Shown here: positions 1-12,024 of the stretch, piece by piece | How the letters are laid out: every line of letters begins with the position of its first letter | Numbering within the stretch: the first letter of the stretch is position 1 | Made by a program: the position numbers and the translations under genes | NCBI GenBank assembly: GCA_964019335.1 | Contig: OZ025683.1 | Location: forward strand, 310,001-374,000 | Direction: 5' to 3' | From: Diplonema japonicum | Lineage: Eukaryota; Protista; Euglenozoa: Diplonemea | Length of the DNA: 64,000 nucleotides | The notes under the pieces: model-generated | Database searches by the model: none | Told to the model about the DNA's origin: nothing | The model's input: the letters and a program-made list of their open reading frames with translations, nothing else

Positions 1-1
1 C

Positions 2-700
2 CAGGCGGTTGTGCACTGCTGGGGGTCCACAACATTCTTCATGTCGATGCTGGCTGGTCTGCAGGGCATCAGGTCCATCGTGTGCTCGCAGATCTCGACA
101 GAGGTCGTGACGACATACGTGACGCTGCTGAAGAGCATGTTAAGACTGCCGAAGCTCTTCGAGACTGTTGGGATCGATTCCATGACAACCTATGTCGACA
201 CTACAGAGGGTATTGTGGGCCGTGTCATCGACAAGGGTCTGTCTGTGTACTCCCTGGTCGAGGCACAGGGGCAGTGCAACAGCAGTGTGTGCCACCGTGT
301 GACATTTAACTACGCGTCGCTGTACAAACACGACCAGCTGAACCAGAGGCTGCACGAAAACCTGCATGAGCTCTTTGCCGAGGCGAACATCACTGCTTTC
401 CAGCATCTTGCTATGGTAGTCCGCAAGGGCCACCTTGTCAACTGTGATGGTAAAGAGGTGTACATGCAGAACATGGCAAACCTTGATCTGCCCATCCTTT
501 TCATCAGTGGTGCCGAAAACGAGTGTTTCTTGCCGGAGGCCACCAAGAGGACGTACGAGAACTTGTGCACTGCATATGGCCCCGACAACTATTCCCGCAA
601 GGTCATTGAAGGCTACGGGCACATTGACTGCATTTTTGGGAGGAACGCCCATGTTGATGTGTTCCCGCACATCTTGGAGCACCTTAACAAGACTGCTTAG
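2..700 (+). CDS. C-terminal alpha/beta-hydrolase domain of a cholesterol-oxidase-type protein (5'-partial)
   Basis: Open from the window start. VHCWGSTTFFMSMLAG elbow motif, LPILFISGAEN and GYGHIDC, as in hydrolase domains fused to GMC/cholesterol oxidases; TAG at 698-700. Confidence 0.7.
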   Translation, partial: QAVVHCWGSTTFFMSMLAGLQGIRSIVCSQISTEVVTTYVTLLKSMLRLPKLFETVGIDSMTTYVDTTEGIVGRVIDKGLSVYSLVEAQGQCNSSVCHRVTFNYASLYKHDQLNQRLHENLHELFAEANITAFQHLAMVVRKGHLVNCDGKEVYMQNMANLDLPILFISGAENECFLPEATKRTYENLCTAYGPDNYSRKVIEGYGHIDCIFGRNAHVDVFPHILEHLNKTA

Positions 701-1823
701 GCATATATAAAAAAAAAAATTAAATTAAAAGTCCTCCTTTTTTTTTTTCTTCTCTTTTTTTTTCAGGCACTGCAAGCGCGCTTACCTTTTTATTATCTTC
801 CCCCTATCCCTTCCCTTTTCTCCCCCTCCCTTTCTATTTCTTTTTTTTTTGTCCGCGAGCGAATTGTGTTTTATTTTTTTTTCTCCCCTCCCATTTTTTT
901 TTTCCTTTTAAATTCGACTTCTCGAGGTTGGGGGGGGGTGATTCGTATAAAAAAAGAAGGGGGGTTGATAAGAATAAAATCTCATTTAATTGGGGAGAAC
1001 GGACTTGACACACGAAAAAAAAAGTACTGTAATTAATTTTTTTTTCCTACCTTCTCTCCCCCGTCCTGTTCTCCTTTTTGGGTTGCTCATTTCTTTTTTA
1101 AAGGTTTTTTTTTAAGGGCTTTATTTCTCTGTGCAGCTCTCTCTGAGCCAAAATGAAAATGTCCCTTGGCTGCATGCTAAGTTGCCCTTTTTTTTTTCTT
1201 CCTCTTCTTCTTGAATCTGCCCTTCCCCGAGACGTCACTTGCTCCTGTCCTTTTTTAAGGGAGAAGAAGAAAAACTGGAGACCTCCAGTTTTTTTTTTCT
1301 TTTCCCCCTTCTCTTTACTCTCTCTTTTTCTCCCGTTCGTCGTATTTCTGGTCCCTTTCTTTCACATTGCTTGCAATTTTGTGCTTTCTTCCAAAGATGC
1401 GCTAAGGCTTGCTGTGGCCAGTGCTCTTTTTTTTTTTTTTTTTTTTGCCAGAATACACCATAGAGTCGATCAACAACTTGCAGTTACAACAAAAAAAAAG
1501 AAAAAAAAAGGGGGTGAAAAAAGAAACTACTTCTATCGAGGTATCGTTCTTTGACTCCTTTTTTTTTCCCCTTTTTACACGGTCCTCTAAATGGTGTTAT
1601 CACACTTTAAAAAAAAATGAAACCAGCTATTTAATCCCCGGAGCCTCTTTTTTTCAAGTGCACCCTCTTTATTTTTTTTAAATTTTTTTTTGTAAAAGAA
1701 CCAATCTCTGCACTTGAAGCCGGCCCGGGGTTTACACACGGTTTGTTAACGTTACGCGTTCCCTCCCCCCTCCTTTTTTTTTTGTTCAGGGTGGTGTTAA
1801 CTTGACCCTCAAGTCTTCGGAAG

Positions 1824-2023
1824 NNNNNNNNNNNNNNNNNNNNNNNNNNNNNNNNNNNNNNNNNNNNNNNNNNNNNNNNNNNNNNNNNNNNNNNNNNNNN
1901 NNNNNNNNNNNNNNNNNNNNNNNNNNNNNNNNNNNNNNNNNNNNNNNNNNNNNNNNNNNNNNNNNNNNNNNNNNNNNNNNNNNNNNNNNNNNNNNNNNNN
2001 NNNNNNNNNNNNNNNNNNNNNNN
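1824..2023. other. Assembly gap (200 N)
   Basis: Run of N. Confidence 1.
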
Positions 2024-2043
2024 ATTTCCCCCTCCCAATCAAC

Positions 2044-2090
<47 letters not shown>

Positions 2091-2127
2091 AGCAAACACA
2101 GAAAAAAAATAAAATAAAAATAAATGA

Positions 2128-5098
2128 ATGAAAGTTATTAGCATAGCGAGTGCTAGTAACGATGACAGCAGCATCGCAACAGAAGGGATTTCGGAAATCG
2201 AGGATGCAGGCAGTTCGTTGGCTGTTGTATGTGAAGACAAGAACACAGCAAGGCGGTTGTTGGGGGAACTGCATGAAACCTTTTTCAACACGAGGAAGGA
2301 CGCCGAGGAACTAGTCAGCCAAGCAAAGGAAGTCTTCACCGCTGCCGACGTAAAAGACGGCGACAGCGCAGGGCTGATCGCAGTACGCAAGGGCATCTTA
2401 ATCAGCGCAGTTCTAGGGAAATGGTACAGCGTACTGGTCAGAGGAGAGACAATCCTCACCCTCTCTGATCCCGACAACACCGCTCACTCCGTCATGAGCC
2501 TAACCAACACAGATCGTTTCGTCTTGCTAGCAAGCAAAGACCTCATTAGAACAGTTGACATGGAAGCAGTTGTCTCCTTCGTCAGCCGCCGTCTCTCCGT
2601 CTTGGAACCTGTAGTTGTAGCACGTGAAGTAAAAGAACTATGTAACATGAGCGATTTAAGCCAGGTGTCTATTATAGATCTCACAGGCGCGGCTGTGAGT
2701 AGTAAGGTTGTGGTGAAATATTCTACTAGTTCAGTGTTGTTGCAGGAATGGGACGTGGGTGGGCTGGTGTCTTCTCAAAAGCAGAATCCGACCAATCCTC
2801 ACCCGCATCCTCTTAGTTCTCTTCTGTTTCAAGATCCATTGAACTCTTTGGGGCCCAACCCGTTGCAACCGCCGTCTTTTTCCCACTCTTCTCCTAATGG
2901 GACGAACATCGTTGTCCAGAACCCTCCTTCGCCGTTGGCTTTTGTCAACCTACGCCCGCACGTTTTCTCTCAAAATCTAGCGGCGTTTGTCATCACGGTG
3001 ATCGCTGTCTGGACCGCTTGGATGTTGGCGATAGACCATTTCGTCATCATACCGCTTGTTGTAGCTGTCGTTGGGTGGCTGCTCGCCTACGCGGTGTTCC
3101 TCTTGAAGAACATACCACCGCCAAACACCGTCTTCACCTTCATGTCGTTGATCTGTATCATCCTTTTCGATCTTATGTCTGCTGGTGTGTTCGACGCGTG
3201 GGCAGCGCTGCTCATCCCCATCATTGCAAGTTGCTCCGCAGATATTAACTTTTTCCGTTTGGTGATGTGCTTATCTGTGGGGTGGGTGATGGTGCGGTCT
3301 CTGGACGATTCGTTTGATTTCGGTATGCTGTCCTACTACTGCGCGGACAAGGAGTGCGACACGACCAGCAACGGGTGGCTTGTGAACGGGCTTTTGCTCC
3401 GGCTTTCGGTTCTAGTGGGTGTTCCGTACCTTGTTCTGTCCAACCTTGAGGTCTATGCATCGCTGTTCAGTGCCATGCTTGACTTCAAGACAACAGGAGA
3501 GGAAACAGTCTTCACCGCCCCGTTCGGGGTGAACACAAATGCGTTCGCGAAGCTGAAGAGACTGTTGTTGTTGCTGCGAACGGGGTTCCCGGACATGGCG
3601 GTGCAGGGGGGCACGCAGTCCGACACGTCCATCTCGCCAGGGTCATCCAAGACAACACCACACGCGTCCTTCTTACTACCGAAGAACGTTTCCTTCAGCC
3701 AGGCAAAGGTCGTCTCCGTGGTGCACGTCGAGTCAACAGCCGAATCCGTCGCTCACCTCACCATGATCCCCACCATCTTCGAGACGTTCAAGCTTTACAA
3801 CGGAAGCGTTCTGTCCGCATGCGGGAGAGGTATCACAGGCGCCTTCAACGCCAGTACACCCTGTTCACCCCATCAAGTCCAAGCATGTAAATGCACTCTC
3901 TCCATCCACTCTGTTTTCATCAATCAAGACTATCCCAATGCGACCCAACCCGAGGGTAGGGAGATACCATGGAACATAGGGATCGCCACGGGGATCTTCA
4001 GCACGACTGTGATGGAACAGACTACGGTGATCACATGCCAGGGTATAGAGCAGGCTCAGGAGATGGCGTCGCTGTGCTTGTCGATCAAGGCGACGGTGCT
4101 GACGACAGACAAGGTGGAGGAGGTTGCAAGGCATAGTTTTTTGTTCCGCCCCGTGGACATCGTAACGTTCAACAAGCAGCAGATAGAGACAGTCTACGAG
4201 CTGCTGATGCGGAAGAGCGAAGCGACATCCTGGGCCGTGGAGCAGAACTGCGCCTTCATCAAAGGCTTCGTCGCGTACCGAAAGGGACACTTCTCCCAGG
4301 CAAAGGCTTGCTTCAGCGAGTACCTCAGCACCATCGAAGACGTGCAGGCCAAACGGTTGTACGAAGCAGTCTGCAGCAACACGAGATGTTGCAAAACATA
4401 CGTCGGATGGGACAACGGTGGATGTGAAGTGCAGAAGGCGACACCACGATCAAGCAGCCAGACCAGCACAACCTTGCAGGATAGAAAGGAAAGCTTTCTA
4501 ATGTCCACGGAGTCCCCTGCCATGACCAACGAGGAGGACGACGTGGAAATAGCATTAAAAGGAGCCATTAAAGACGCAGAGCTGGACGCCAACGTTGACC
4601 AGCTCATCGCGTGGGGGCTGATGCCAAAAGAGAAAGCCTCCAGTGTCTCAACAGAACTTCCCTCGAAATTCGTCGATCACAAGAATCGGATCTGGCAACG
4701 CGCCAACCGCCCTTTAGGGAAAGGCGCGTTTGGTGAGGTGTGGATGGGGATGGACAGCGTGGGGGGGTTCGTGGCCATCAAGACGATCCAGCTGCCTGGG
4801 ATGCGGGTACAACAGTCGGCAAGGCGGCGGCGGAGCCAGCAGGCCCACATGAAACAAGTCGAGGATTTCGTGAAGGAGGCAGCGCTTATGAGCCAGTTGC
4901 AGCATGAAAACATTGTGACCTACATCGCAAGTGCGGTGGTGAACAACTATGTGATGGTATTCCAATTCCACTAGAAATTTCTTTTTTTTTTTTTTTTTTT
5001 TTTTAACGCCCACCAGATTGTCATGGAATACCTGTCGGGTGGTTCATTGGCAACCGTTTTGCAGGACTTTGGTGCTAGGTATGAGGGAGAAGGGGAAA

Positions 5099-5151
<53 letters not shown>

Positions 5152-5658
5152 GTAATGCCACTTTCCTCCATTCGGCGCTATGTGACAGACATAGTAGCCG
5201 GGCTGTCCTTTCTGCACTCCATGAACATCATCCATAGAGACATGAAGCCGCACAATGTGTTGATAATGATCAATGGTAGATGCAAGTTAGCTGATTTTGG
5301 GGCTTCAGCGATGCTCAACAAGATAACGGAAGGTACTGCGGGCCTGACGGGTACCCCTTTGTACATGGCACCGGAGGCTGCACGTGGGCATGCTTGCAAG
5401 GCGAGCGATGTGTGGGGTCTGGGCATCATTGTTTGCCAGCTCTTCACGGGAAAGGTGCCTTACGAGTTTTCGGGAGGATTTCCTTACTCCTCCCATCATT
5501 TCCTCTACTCTTTAGGCGGTTCTAACCCTCCTTCTCCTACCATTCCGACGTCTCTGTCTAGCAGCGCGGCAAAACTAGCAGCTGCGTGTTTGCGGCAAAA
5601 GCCATCGGAAAGACCTTCTGCGGAGGATCTGCTTTCAGAACCTTTCCTTGTAGGGTAA
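2128..5658 (+). CDS. Multi-domain membrane Ser/Thr kinase (degenerate PP2C-like domain, TM helices, class III cyclase-like domain, STE11/MAP3K-like kinase); introns 4957-5016 and 5079-5150
   Basis: Kinase motifs GKGAFGEV, VAIK, HRDMKPHN, DFG, GTPLYMAPE are joined by two GT-AG introns (NYVM|IVMEY; GA-S-VMP). Hydrophobic stretch about 2980-3440; AFNA...HQVQAC...IGIATG...RPVDIV...VYEL is cyclase-like. Confidence 0.85.
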
Positions 5659-5965
5659 AGGAACATTTGGAGGGCAAGAAGGAAAACAAAAAAAACAAAC
5701 AAAAAAAGGATGTGGGTGCTTTCCAGCGCTTTAAAAAAAAAAAAAAAGTACCGGAAAATCCAGGGGGGGAAAAAAAATGTACATAATTTACGCTCCGAAC
5801 ATGAAAGAACGGTGAGTTCCAAGGAAGTTCCAAAAAGAATTTTCCAAAAAAAAAAAAAAAAAATATTGGGGGTAAACACAGTACATAATAAGTAGAAGTC
5901 GAATTCGGTAATTATTTTACTTTTCTTCTCCTTTATTTTTCGTTCCGGGGAGTGTAAACTCTTCT

Positions 5966-5997
<32 letters not shown>

Positions 5998-6570
5998 TTC
6001 TTCGTTGCAAAGGCAAACTTGTTGGGTGAACATTAGGACGGCGTCTTTGTTTACACAACAATGCACGAAATTCTTGCTGGTTTTCTTTTTCTAAAGGTAA
6101 GAGAAAAAAGCGGGGAAAAAAAAAAAAAATAGAAGTCGTCTTAGAAAATGAATTATTTTTTTTTTCTTATTCCCTTTTCGGAAGGTTGTGTAGCGCTTAT
6201 ATATTATTAGATAACGCTTACTTATTACCATTGATATCTCTTTTTTTATTTATTTATTTATTACCCTACATAAACACTGCAAAGAGGTTTTTTTATATTA
6301 CTGACGTTAAAAAAGAATCTGCTTTCGGGTGAATATATATATTTTTTTTTATTTCTATTTTCTTTTTAGCAGTGAGCATTTTCCCCTACTGTGACGGCCT
6401 CAGCGTGTTGTTTAAAAAACACTGTGCGAGAGCCACCTCCCCTTCTCTTTTTGTTAGATATGCAAAGAAACCAAAGTACCTTTTCTATTTTTTGGCTTCA
6501 GGATCTAATCATATTTTCCCTTTTTTTTTTTTTTTTTTTTTTAAATTAAGACCTAGCTCTTTACTCTTTA

Positions 6571-6640
6571 GCACGCATCAGCATAAGACTCGAAAATGTT
6601 TTCTAACAGGGCGCCAACACCGGCCTCCTTTAACTCATAT
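6571..6640 (+). repeat. 3' fragment of the SINE-like repeat family (see 55473-55748)
   Basis: CAGGGCGCCAACACCGGCCTCCTTTAACTCATAT (6607-6640) nearly identical to 55711-55747. Confidence 0.75.
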
Positions 6641-6963
6641 TTTCTTTCCATTCTGTCTTTTACACTATTTCCTACCCCCCCCTTTTTTTTGAAGAAGAAG
6701 AGGAATAGTAGCACTGCGAGAAGTAACCGGCTCCCCAGAACAGTACAGAAAGAACACACCTATGCGCAGCTTCAAGGTCTGGAGGAGGCACGGCACCCAC
6801 AACTGGTGAGCGTAAAAACCGCGAACCTTAAAAAAAGATTTGTTTTTTATTCATATTCAGGTTTCTGTTTTTCTCCTTATTTTTTCTTCTTCATATTGTT
6901 TTAGTCCTTCGTTCATACCATCACCACAGTTACCATCTGTCCTTTCAAAACACTCACAACACA

Positions 6964-8433
6964 ATGGTCTACGTTCCCACTGTTGCTACCACTACATTCG
7001 CCGCCCCTGTCGTGGTCAGGGACCCTGCGCACGCTGCGGCCAGTGCTGGGTACGCTGTCGCTGAGGCGCACACCAGGGCGGACGCTGTCAACGCTGCTGC
7101 CAATGCTGGGGTTGCTGTCAACCAGGCTGCTGCGGCAAGTACCGTAGCAGCAGCTGCGTCGCACAATGCCGCCCTCAACACCAATGCAAGCATTGCCCAG
7201 GCCCACGTGACCAACAGCGCCAGGGCCAATGAACAGAACGCCTCTGCCGCCCATGCCGCCTCCGTGCTCCGCTCCAGGGTCGCTGCCACCGACGCCGCCG
7301 TCGGAAGCGCCAACCTGAGCAGCGCCCAGACCGGCCTGGTCTCCGCAGGCGCCGTGCACAACCAGGCCGTCGCCTCCACCAACGTTGCAGCAGTGAGGGC
7401 TGCCAGCACCGAGAGGGACTTCCACGTCGCCGCCTCACGCCACCACGCCCATGAGGTTGACGCCGCCTCCAAGCAGGCCACTGCCTCTGCCGAGAACACC
7501 CGTGCCATGGCTGCCGGTGCCGAGGCCTCTGCCGCATGCACGCACCAGACCGCCGCTGCCATCTCCGCTGACGAGGCGAACGCACAGGTTGTCAGGGCGA
7601 AGGCCATGCTGGGCAGCGCAGAAGCTGCCGCCGTGGCTGCCGAGACCAGGAGGGCCGGTGCTGCCAACGAGACTGCGGCTGCGTCCGCCGCTGCTAGGGA
7701 CGCGGCACAGAGGGAGAAGGTTGCGGTGCTCGCACTTGCCGAGGCAAGCAAGAACTCCGACATTGCAAACGCCGGTGTTGCCCAGGCGAGAGCCACCCTT
7801 AACGCTGTCGTGCAGCAGGCCAACGCGTGCCAGGCGGGGCACAACATCGCGTCTGTGAACGCAGCGAACGCCGTCAACAAGCACAGGATGCAGCAGGCCT
7901 CGGCGGTTGATGCTCAGAGCGCGGCCAACGCGTCTACGCACATGGCGGGTGTGGCGGCAGTTGCTGCGGATATGAGCAGGGTGAACTCCATCAACGGGAA
8001 GGTGGACCTTGCTGCCCAGCAGGCGCAAGAGGCGGTGGCGAGGAACCACGTGAACCTTGCGCGTGCCCACACCGACGTGGCGCACAGCGAGGCTGTCAGG
8101 ACGGACGTGAACTTCGCCCACGCCAGGGCGTCGGAGATGCACGCGGGTGCCAGAGCGGCCTCGGCTGCGCAGGCCAGCGCGATCGAGACCTCCCGCATGG
8201 TTGTGCAGGACGGCAGGCTGGCGGCTGCCAAGGCCAACGAGGCTGTTGCAAGGGCCACTCAAGTGGGTGCAGTCAGTGCTGCCAACGTTGCCGAAGTCAA
8301 CAGCGCTCAGGCCCATCACGCCCACGCCGCCACCGCCACTGCCCGTACCATCCACGAGGCGTCCCCCAGCCATGTTGTCGCCTACTCCAGCCCCATCTTG
8401 TCGCCCGTCGGCAAGGTGAGGCTCGGCCTGTGA
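6964..8433 (+). CDS. Extremely alanine-rich helical protein, function unknown (489 aa)
   Basis: Long ORF with strong GCC/GCT/AAC codon bias typical of highly expressed genes; clean ACAATG start after a pyrimidine tract. Confidence 0.85.
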   Translation: MVYVPTVATTTFAAPVVVRDPAHAAASAGYAVAEAHTRADAVNAAANAGVAVNQAAAASTVAAAASHNAALNTNASIAQAHVTNSARANEQNASAAHAASVLRSRVAATDAAVGSANLSSAQTGLVSAGAVHNQAVASTNVAAVRAASTERDFHVAASRHHAHEVDAASKQATASAENTRAMAAGAEASAACTHQTAAAISADEANAQVVRAKAMLGSAEAAAVAAETRRAGAANETAAASAAARDAAQREKVAVLALAEASKNSDIANAGVAQARATLNAVVQQANACQAGHNIASVNAANAVNKHRMQQASAVDAQSAANASTHMAGVAAVAADMSRVNSINGKVDLAAQQAQEAVARNHVNLARAHTDVAHSEAVRTDVNFAHARASEMHAGARAASAAQASAIETSRMVVQDGRLAAAKANEAVARATQVGAVSAANVAEVNSAQAHHAHAATATARTIHEASPSHVVAYSSPILSPVGKVRLGL

Positions 8434-8884
8434 GCCTGCTAGAGGGTAGACATAGTGTTGTGTTTAGATCCGAAAACTGAAAAAAAAAGAAAACCTGTTC
8501 ATTGTTTGTTCTTTTGTCCCCCTCCCCCTGTTAATGTTATCCATGCTCCCCCCTTTCCCCCCTCCAAAGAAAAAGGTTTCTTTTTATTTGTCCCCTTACC
8601 TTGTTGTAATTATGAAAAGAGGAAAACAAATTGTCTTTTTTTTTTTTTGCCCCCTTTATTTACTTGTGTATCTTACCGGTCCTTCCCCATTTTTTTATTA
8701 CGTCCACGCTCGTGACCGGGGTGCTCTTCTTCCTCTCTGTTTAAGTCTTCTTCTTTTTTTTCCCCCCTCCGTTCTTCGCTACTTGTAGGAGCTTTATTTT
8801 TTGTGCTCATTCGGCTTTAGGTTTCTTCCCTTGTTGTTAATTGTCTACAAAAACACAAAGAACCGTTTTCAGAAGGGAGGTAAG

Positions 8885-11240
8885 ATGCCGAATGAGGATG
8901 ACGGGAAGCCTGTGGCGATCGAGACACAGGAACAAGCCGCGCAGCTAGCAGCGAAGATAGTCCACGAGTCTGGCTTAAGCAAAGACATGGTGAGCCCCGG
9001 GTCGGCAAAATTCTTGGCACATCAAATACTAGCAGACCATGTTATTGAGAGCCAGAAGCAAGAGATGGAGAAGCAGAAGGGTGAGGTCGATCGGCTGACA
9101 GCTCTCCTTGCACAGCGGAGCGGGCAACTAAAACCCGCAAGGAGCTCCTGGAGCCCACGGAATTCCGTTCCGTCTCCTATAGTGCCTCCTAACCCAAACG
9201 CTGCGGACCCGCCTGACTTCACAGACTCCATGGCACGCCCGGACTCCGCATTGTTGGGGAAGAGAGCAGCTTCCGCAGAGAAACCCATGACAGAGGACGA
9301 ACTCGTTCACAAGCTAGTCGCGCTGTTGAAGGGCGGTTCGCAGGGGGGTCTTGGCAGCAGGAAATCAAGCCGAGCGTCTGTCCGCCGCAGCGAAGGCGAC
9401 GCAAAGCGAATGACAACTGAGATCGAGTCGCTCACCGGACAGCGCACCACCGCCCTCAACGTTCCTAACTTCACAGAGCTCGCAACAAACACCATCATCT
9501 CCACCGAAGGGAAGGGCGGCGATGTCCCATTGTTCCCCGCAACCCGCCAGCTCCCACCTCTGTTCACGCCGACGACAATGCCGACACCGAACCATGAGGC
9601 CACAGAACTTCCCGTTCAGCACGACTCCTCCTGCACCACGCTCCCCCCGCCACCCTTCCAGAACATGCACGTCATCCCTGAAGATATCGACTGGGCCACC
9701 GTCAGCAGGGATGTTCTTGACGTGGTTCACGAACTGCACCAGAAGGCCATCGAGGCCGAGGAGCAGAAAACTGAGATGGAGAGCAAGTTGAACACTGTCC
9801 TTGCCTCGCCCCGAAGGTACGACGATGAGGTGTTTGAATCGCCCGTCGAGCAGCTCGGGCTGAGACAGGGCACCCAACAGTACATACCGCTCGCAGTCGC
9901 TCCTCCCACACCTCCTTTGATGCCCCAAGGCATTGGCAAACCAGCAAGCGTTGCTGGCAGCCATGCCAGCAGCATCTTCAACGCCCAGCAGAGGCTTAAC
10001 CAGAAGAACACCATCAGCGAGTCCCCTGCGCCCATCGAGGTTCAGGAGTACAACTGGAACATGGGGAACTACGGTGGGGCTTCAAAGCAAAACTCTCAGG
10101 CACCCACACCCGTTAGAAGCATCCCTTCCCCTCCACATCCCGCATCGCAGGAAGCGTCTATTGCAGGCACGCCTTTCCTCAACCCTACTCCCCGCCATTC
10201 CGCGCCTCCTGCTCCCACTCCGCACCAGTCTGCTCCCCATGTCACCCCGCACTCCATCCCTGCCAACCCCGTCTCTCACATTGAAGAGAGGAGGATGTCC
10301 TCTGCGACAGTGCAGTCTGTCGTGCAGGGCACAATGGCAATGCCAGGAGGGATCCCCATTCCGGAGACTAAGAACGAGGTGGCTGAAGCTCCTGTCGATT
10401 CGCTGCCCGAGGGGTGGAAAGAGTACAAGACAAGCGAGGGGAGGCCTTACTACTACAACACGGCATCGGGGAAAAGCCACTGGAAAAGGCCCACGGCGGC
10501 AGCGGGGAAGCCGCTGATGATCAACATCAACATCAACGTCGACAAGAGGAAGAAGAAGGGGAACTCGATGGGCAGGGACAGTTCGATGGCGCCGACAGAT
10601 GTCGCAGCGAGGATCGAAGCGGTGGAGGCGACACCAGCGCAAGAGGAGGAAGTGCCCATGCATGTCGAGACCATTGTGCAGGAGTCACCGGCTGTGGTAG
10701 AGCAGGTCCCAGAGGCTGTCCCGCTGCCGTCGATGTATTCCATGCAGGAGCAACAGGATGAGATCCAGCAACAACAGTCTGTGCAGCAAATCCAGTCTCA
10801 GCCTTCGCAGGCATATGCGGTGCCGCAGTCACAGCCCTCTGCACAGTTCCACCATTCAGTGCATAGTTCAACAGCACCGCAGCAACCTCTCGCAGCGGAG
10901 CCCGCAGAGCAACCGGTGCAAGAGGAGCCTTCCCCCCACACCCCCTCCGCACGTGTCCACCTCGCCAACCCCACCCCCGACTATGTGGTCGACGACCGCT
11001 CTGGTTCCCCCATCATCGTCCCTCCGCTGAACTCCATCACTACTGTTGTTGTGGAGGCCGCGCCTGGCTTTGCAGGTAACTCACCCCTTGCACATGGTGG
11101 CGGGGTCCAGATCCGAGGCGGAAGCATGCAGCAGGTACGAGGGGGAAAAAGAAAAAAAGAAAAATAATATAAAAAAACAGGGCAGCATGATGGTCACGCC
11201 TGACGGGAACAGGGTGGTGAACATCTCTGTGGCGGTATGA
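8885..11240 (+). CDS. Pro/Gln-rich WW-domain protein; intron 11135-11180
   Basis: LPEGWKEYKTSEGRPYYYNTASGKSHWKRP is a canonical WW domain; a GT...CAG intron links to a final exon ending VNISVAV*. Confidence 0.85.
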
Positions 11241-12024
11241 CAACCAAAAAAAAAAAAAAAAAGAAAAAAAAAGTGATTTTCTTTTTTTTTCCCTTTGTAG
11301 CGATGCATTGCGTGTGGGACGACACTTACTCATGGGGCTACGTATTGCCACAACTGTGGGTATGATTTTTTTTTTTCTTTTCTTTTTTTTAAAAAAAGAG
11401 AACACAAAAAAAAAAGATGGCGAGCTGTCGCACCTGAGGTTGTACAGCGAAACCCTGTCCCTAACCAGTAGTAGTTCTTTTTTTTTCTTTTTTCTTTTTC
11501 CTTCCTCCTTCCAACCGAACGCCTTTTTCTATTCACCCCAAAGAAAATAGTTTGTACCTTGTTTTTGTTATTTCATCCACCCCGTTGTTTTCTTCTTTTT
11601 CTTTAACTTGAACAGTTAGCATCTCCCCTGCACACTGAAACTTTATCGAATTTTCTTTGTCTCCAACCTTTTTCACTTGTCCAGACTTGTCGCCTTTTAC
11701 CTCCCCGCCTTGTGATTTTTCGTATAAAGGGCCCCTGCCTTAAAAAGGTGTGTTAATATTATATGGGTTCCCCTTACCCCCCCCCTTTTTTTTTGCCCAT
11801 TGTACAATTCATTTAAACGCCCCCATTCTCTTTTTTGTTTCCCCGCCTCTTTTTTTTTACTCCTACCACCTTTACTGTTGTTGTTGCCCTGTTTTTATTG
11901 TTCACTTTTTATGTACTTTTTCCAGAAAGATTTTTTTTTTTGTTCCTTTGCAACCTTCCTTTTTTTTCTCTTACGTTCTTTTCCCCAAACCTTCACCAAT
12001 TCACAGGAGAGGGTGGGGAGAGAA

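Noticed and set aside
1153-1681. Poly-Phe/poly-Lys ORFs in spacers throughout the window
   Set aside because: Translations of homopolymer T/A tracts.
6969-8373. Long antisense ORFs over the Ala-rich gene (similar ones at 45785-46963, 49067-50170, 31370-32410)
   Set aside because: Shadows of strong sense-strand codon bias; no motifs, and against the cluster strand.
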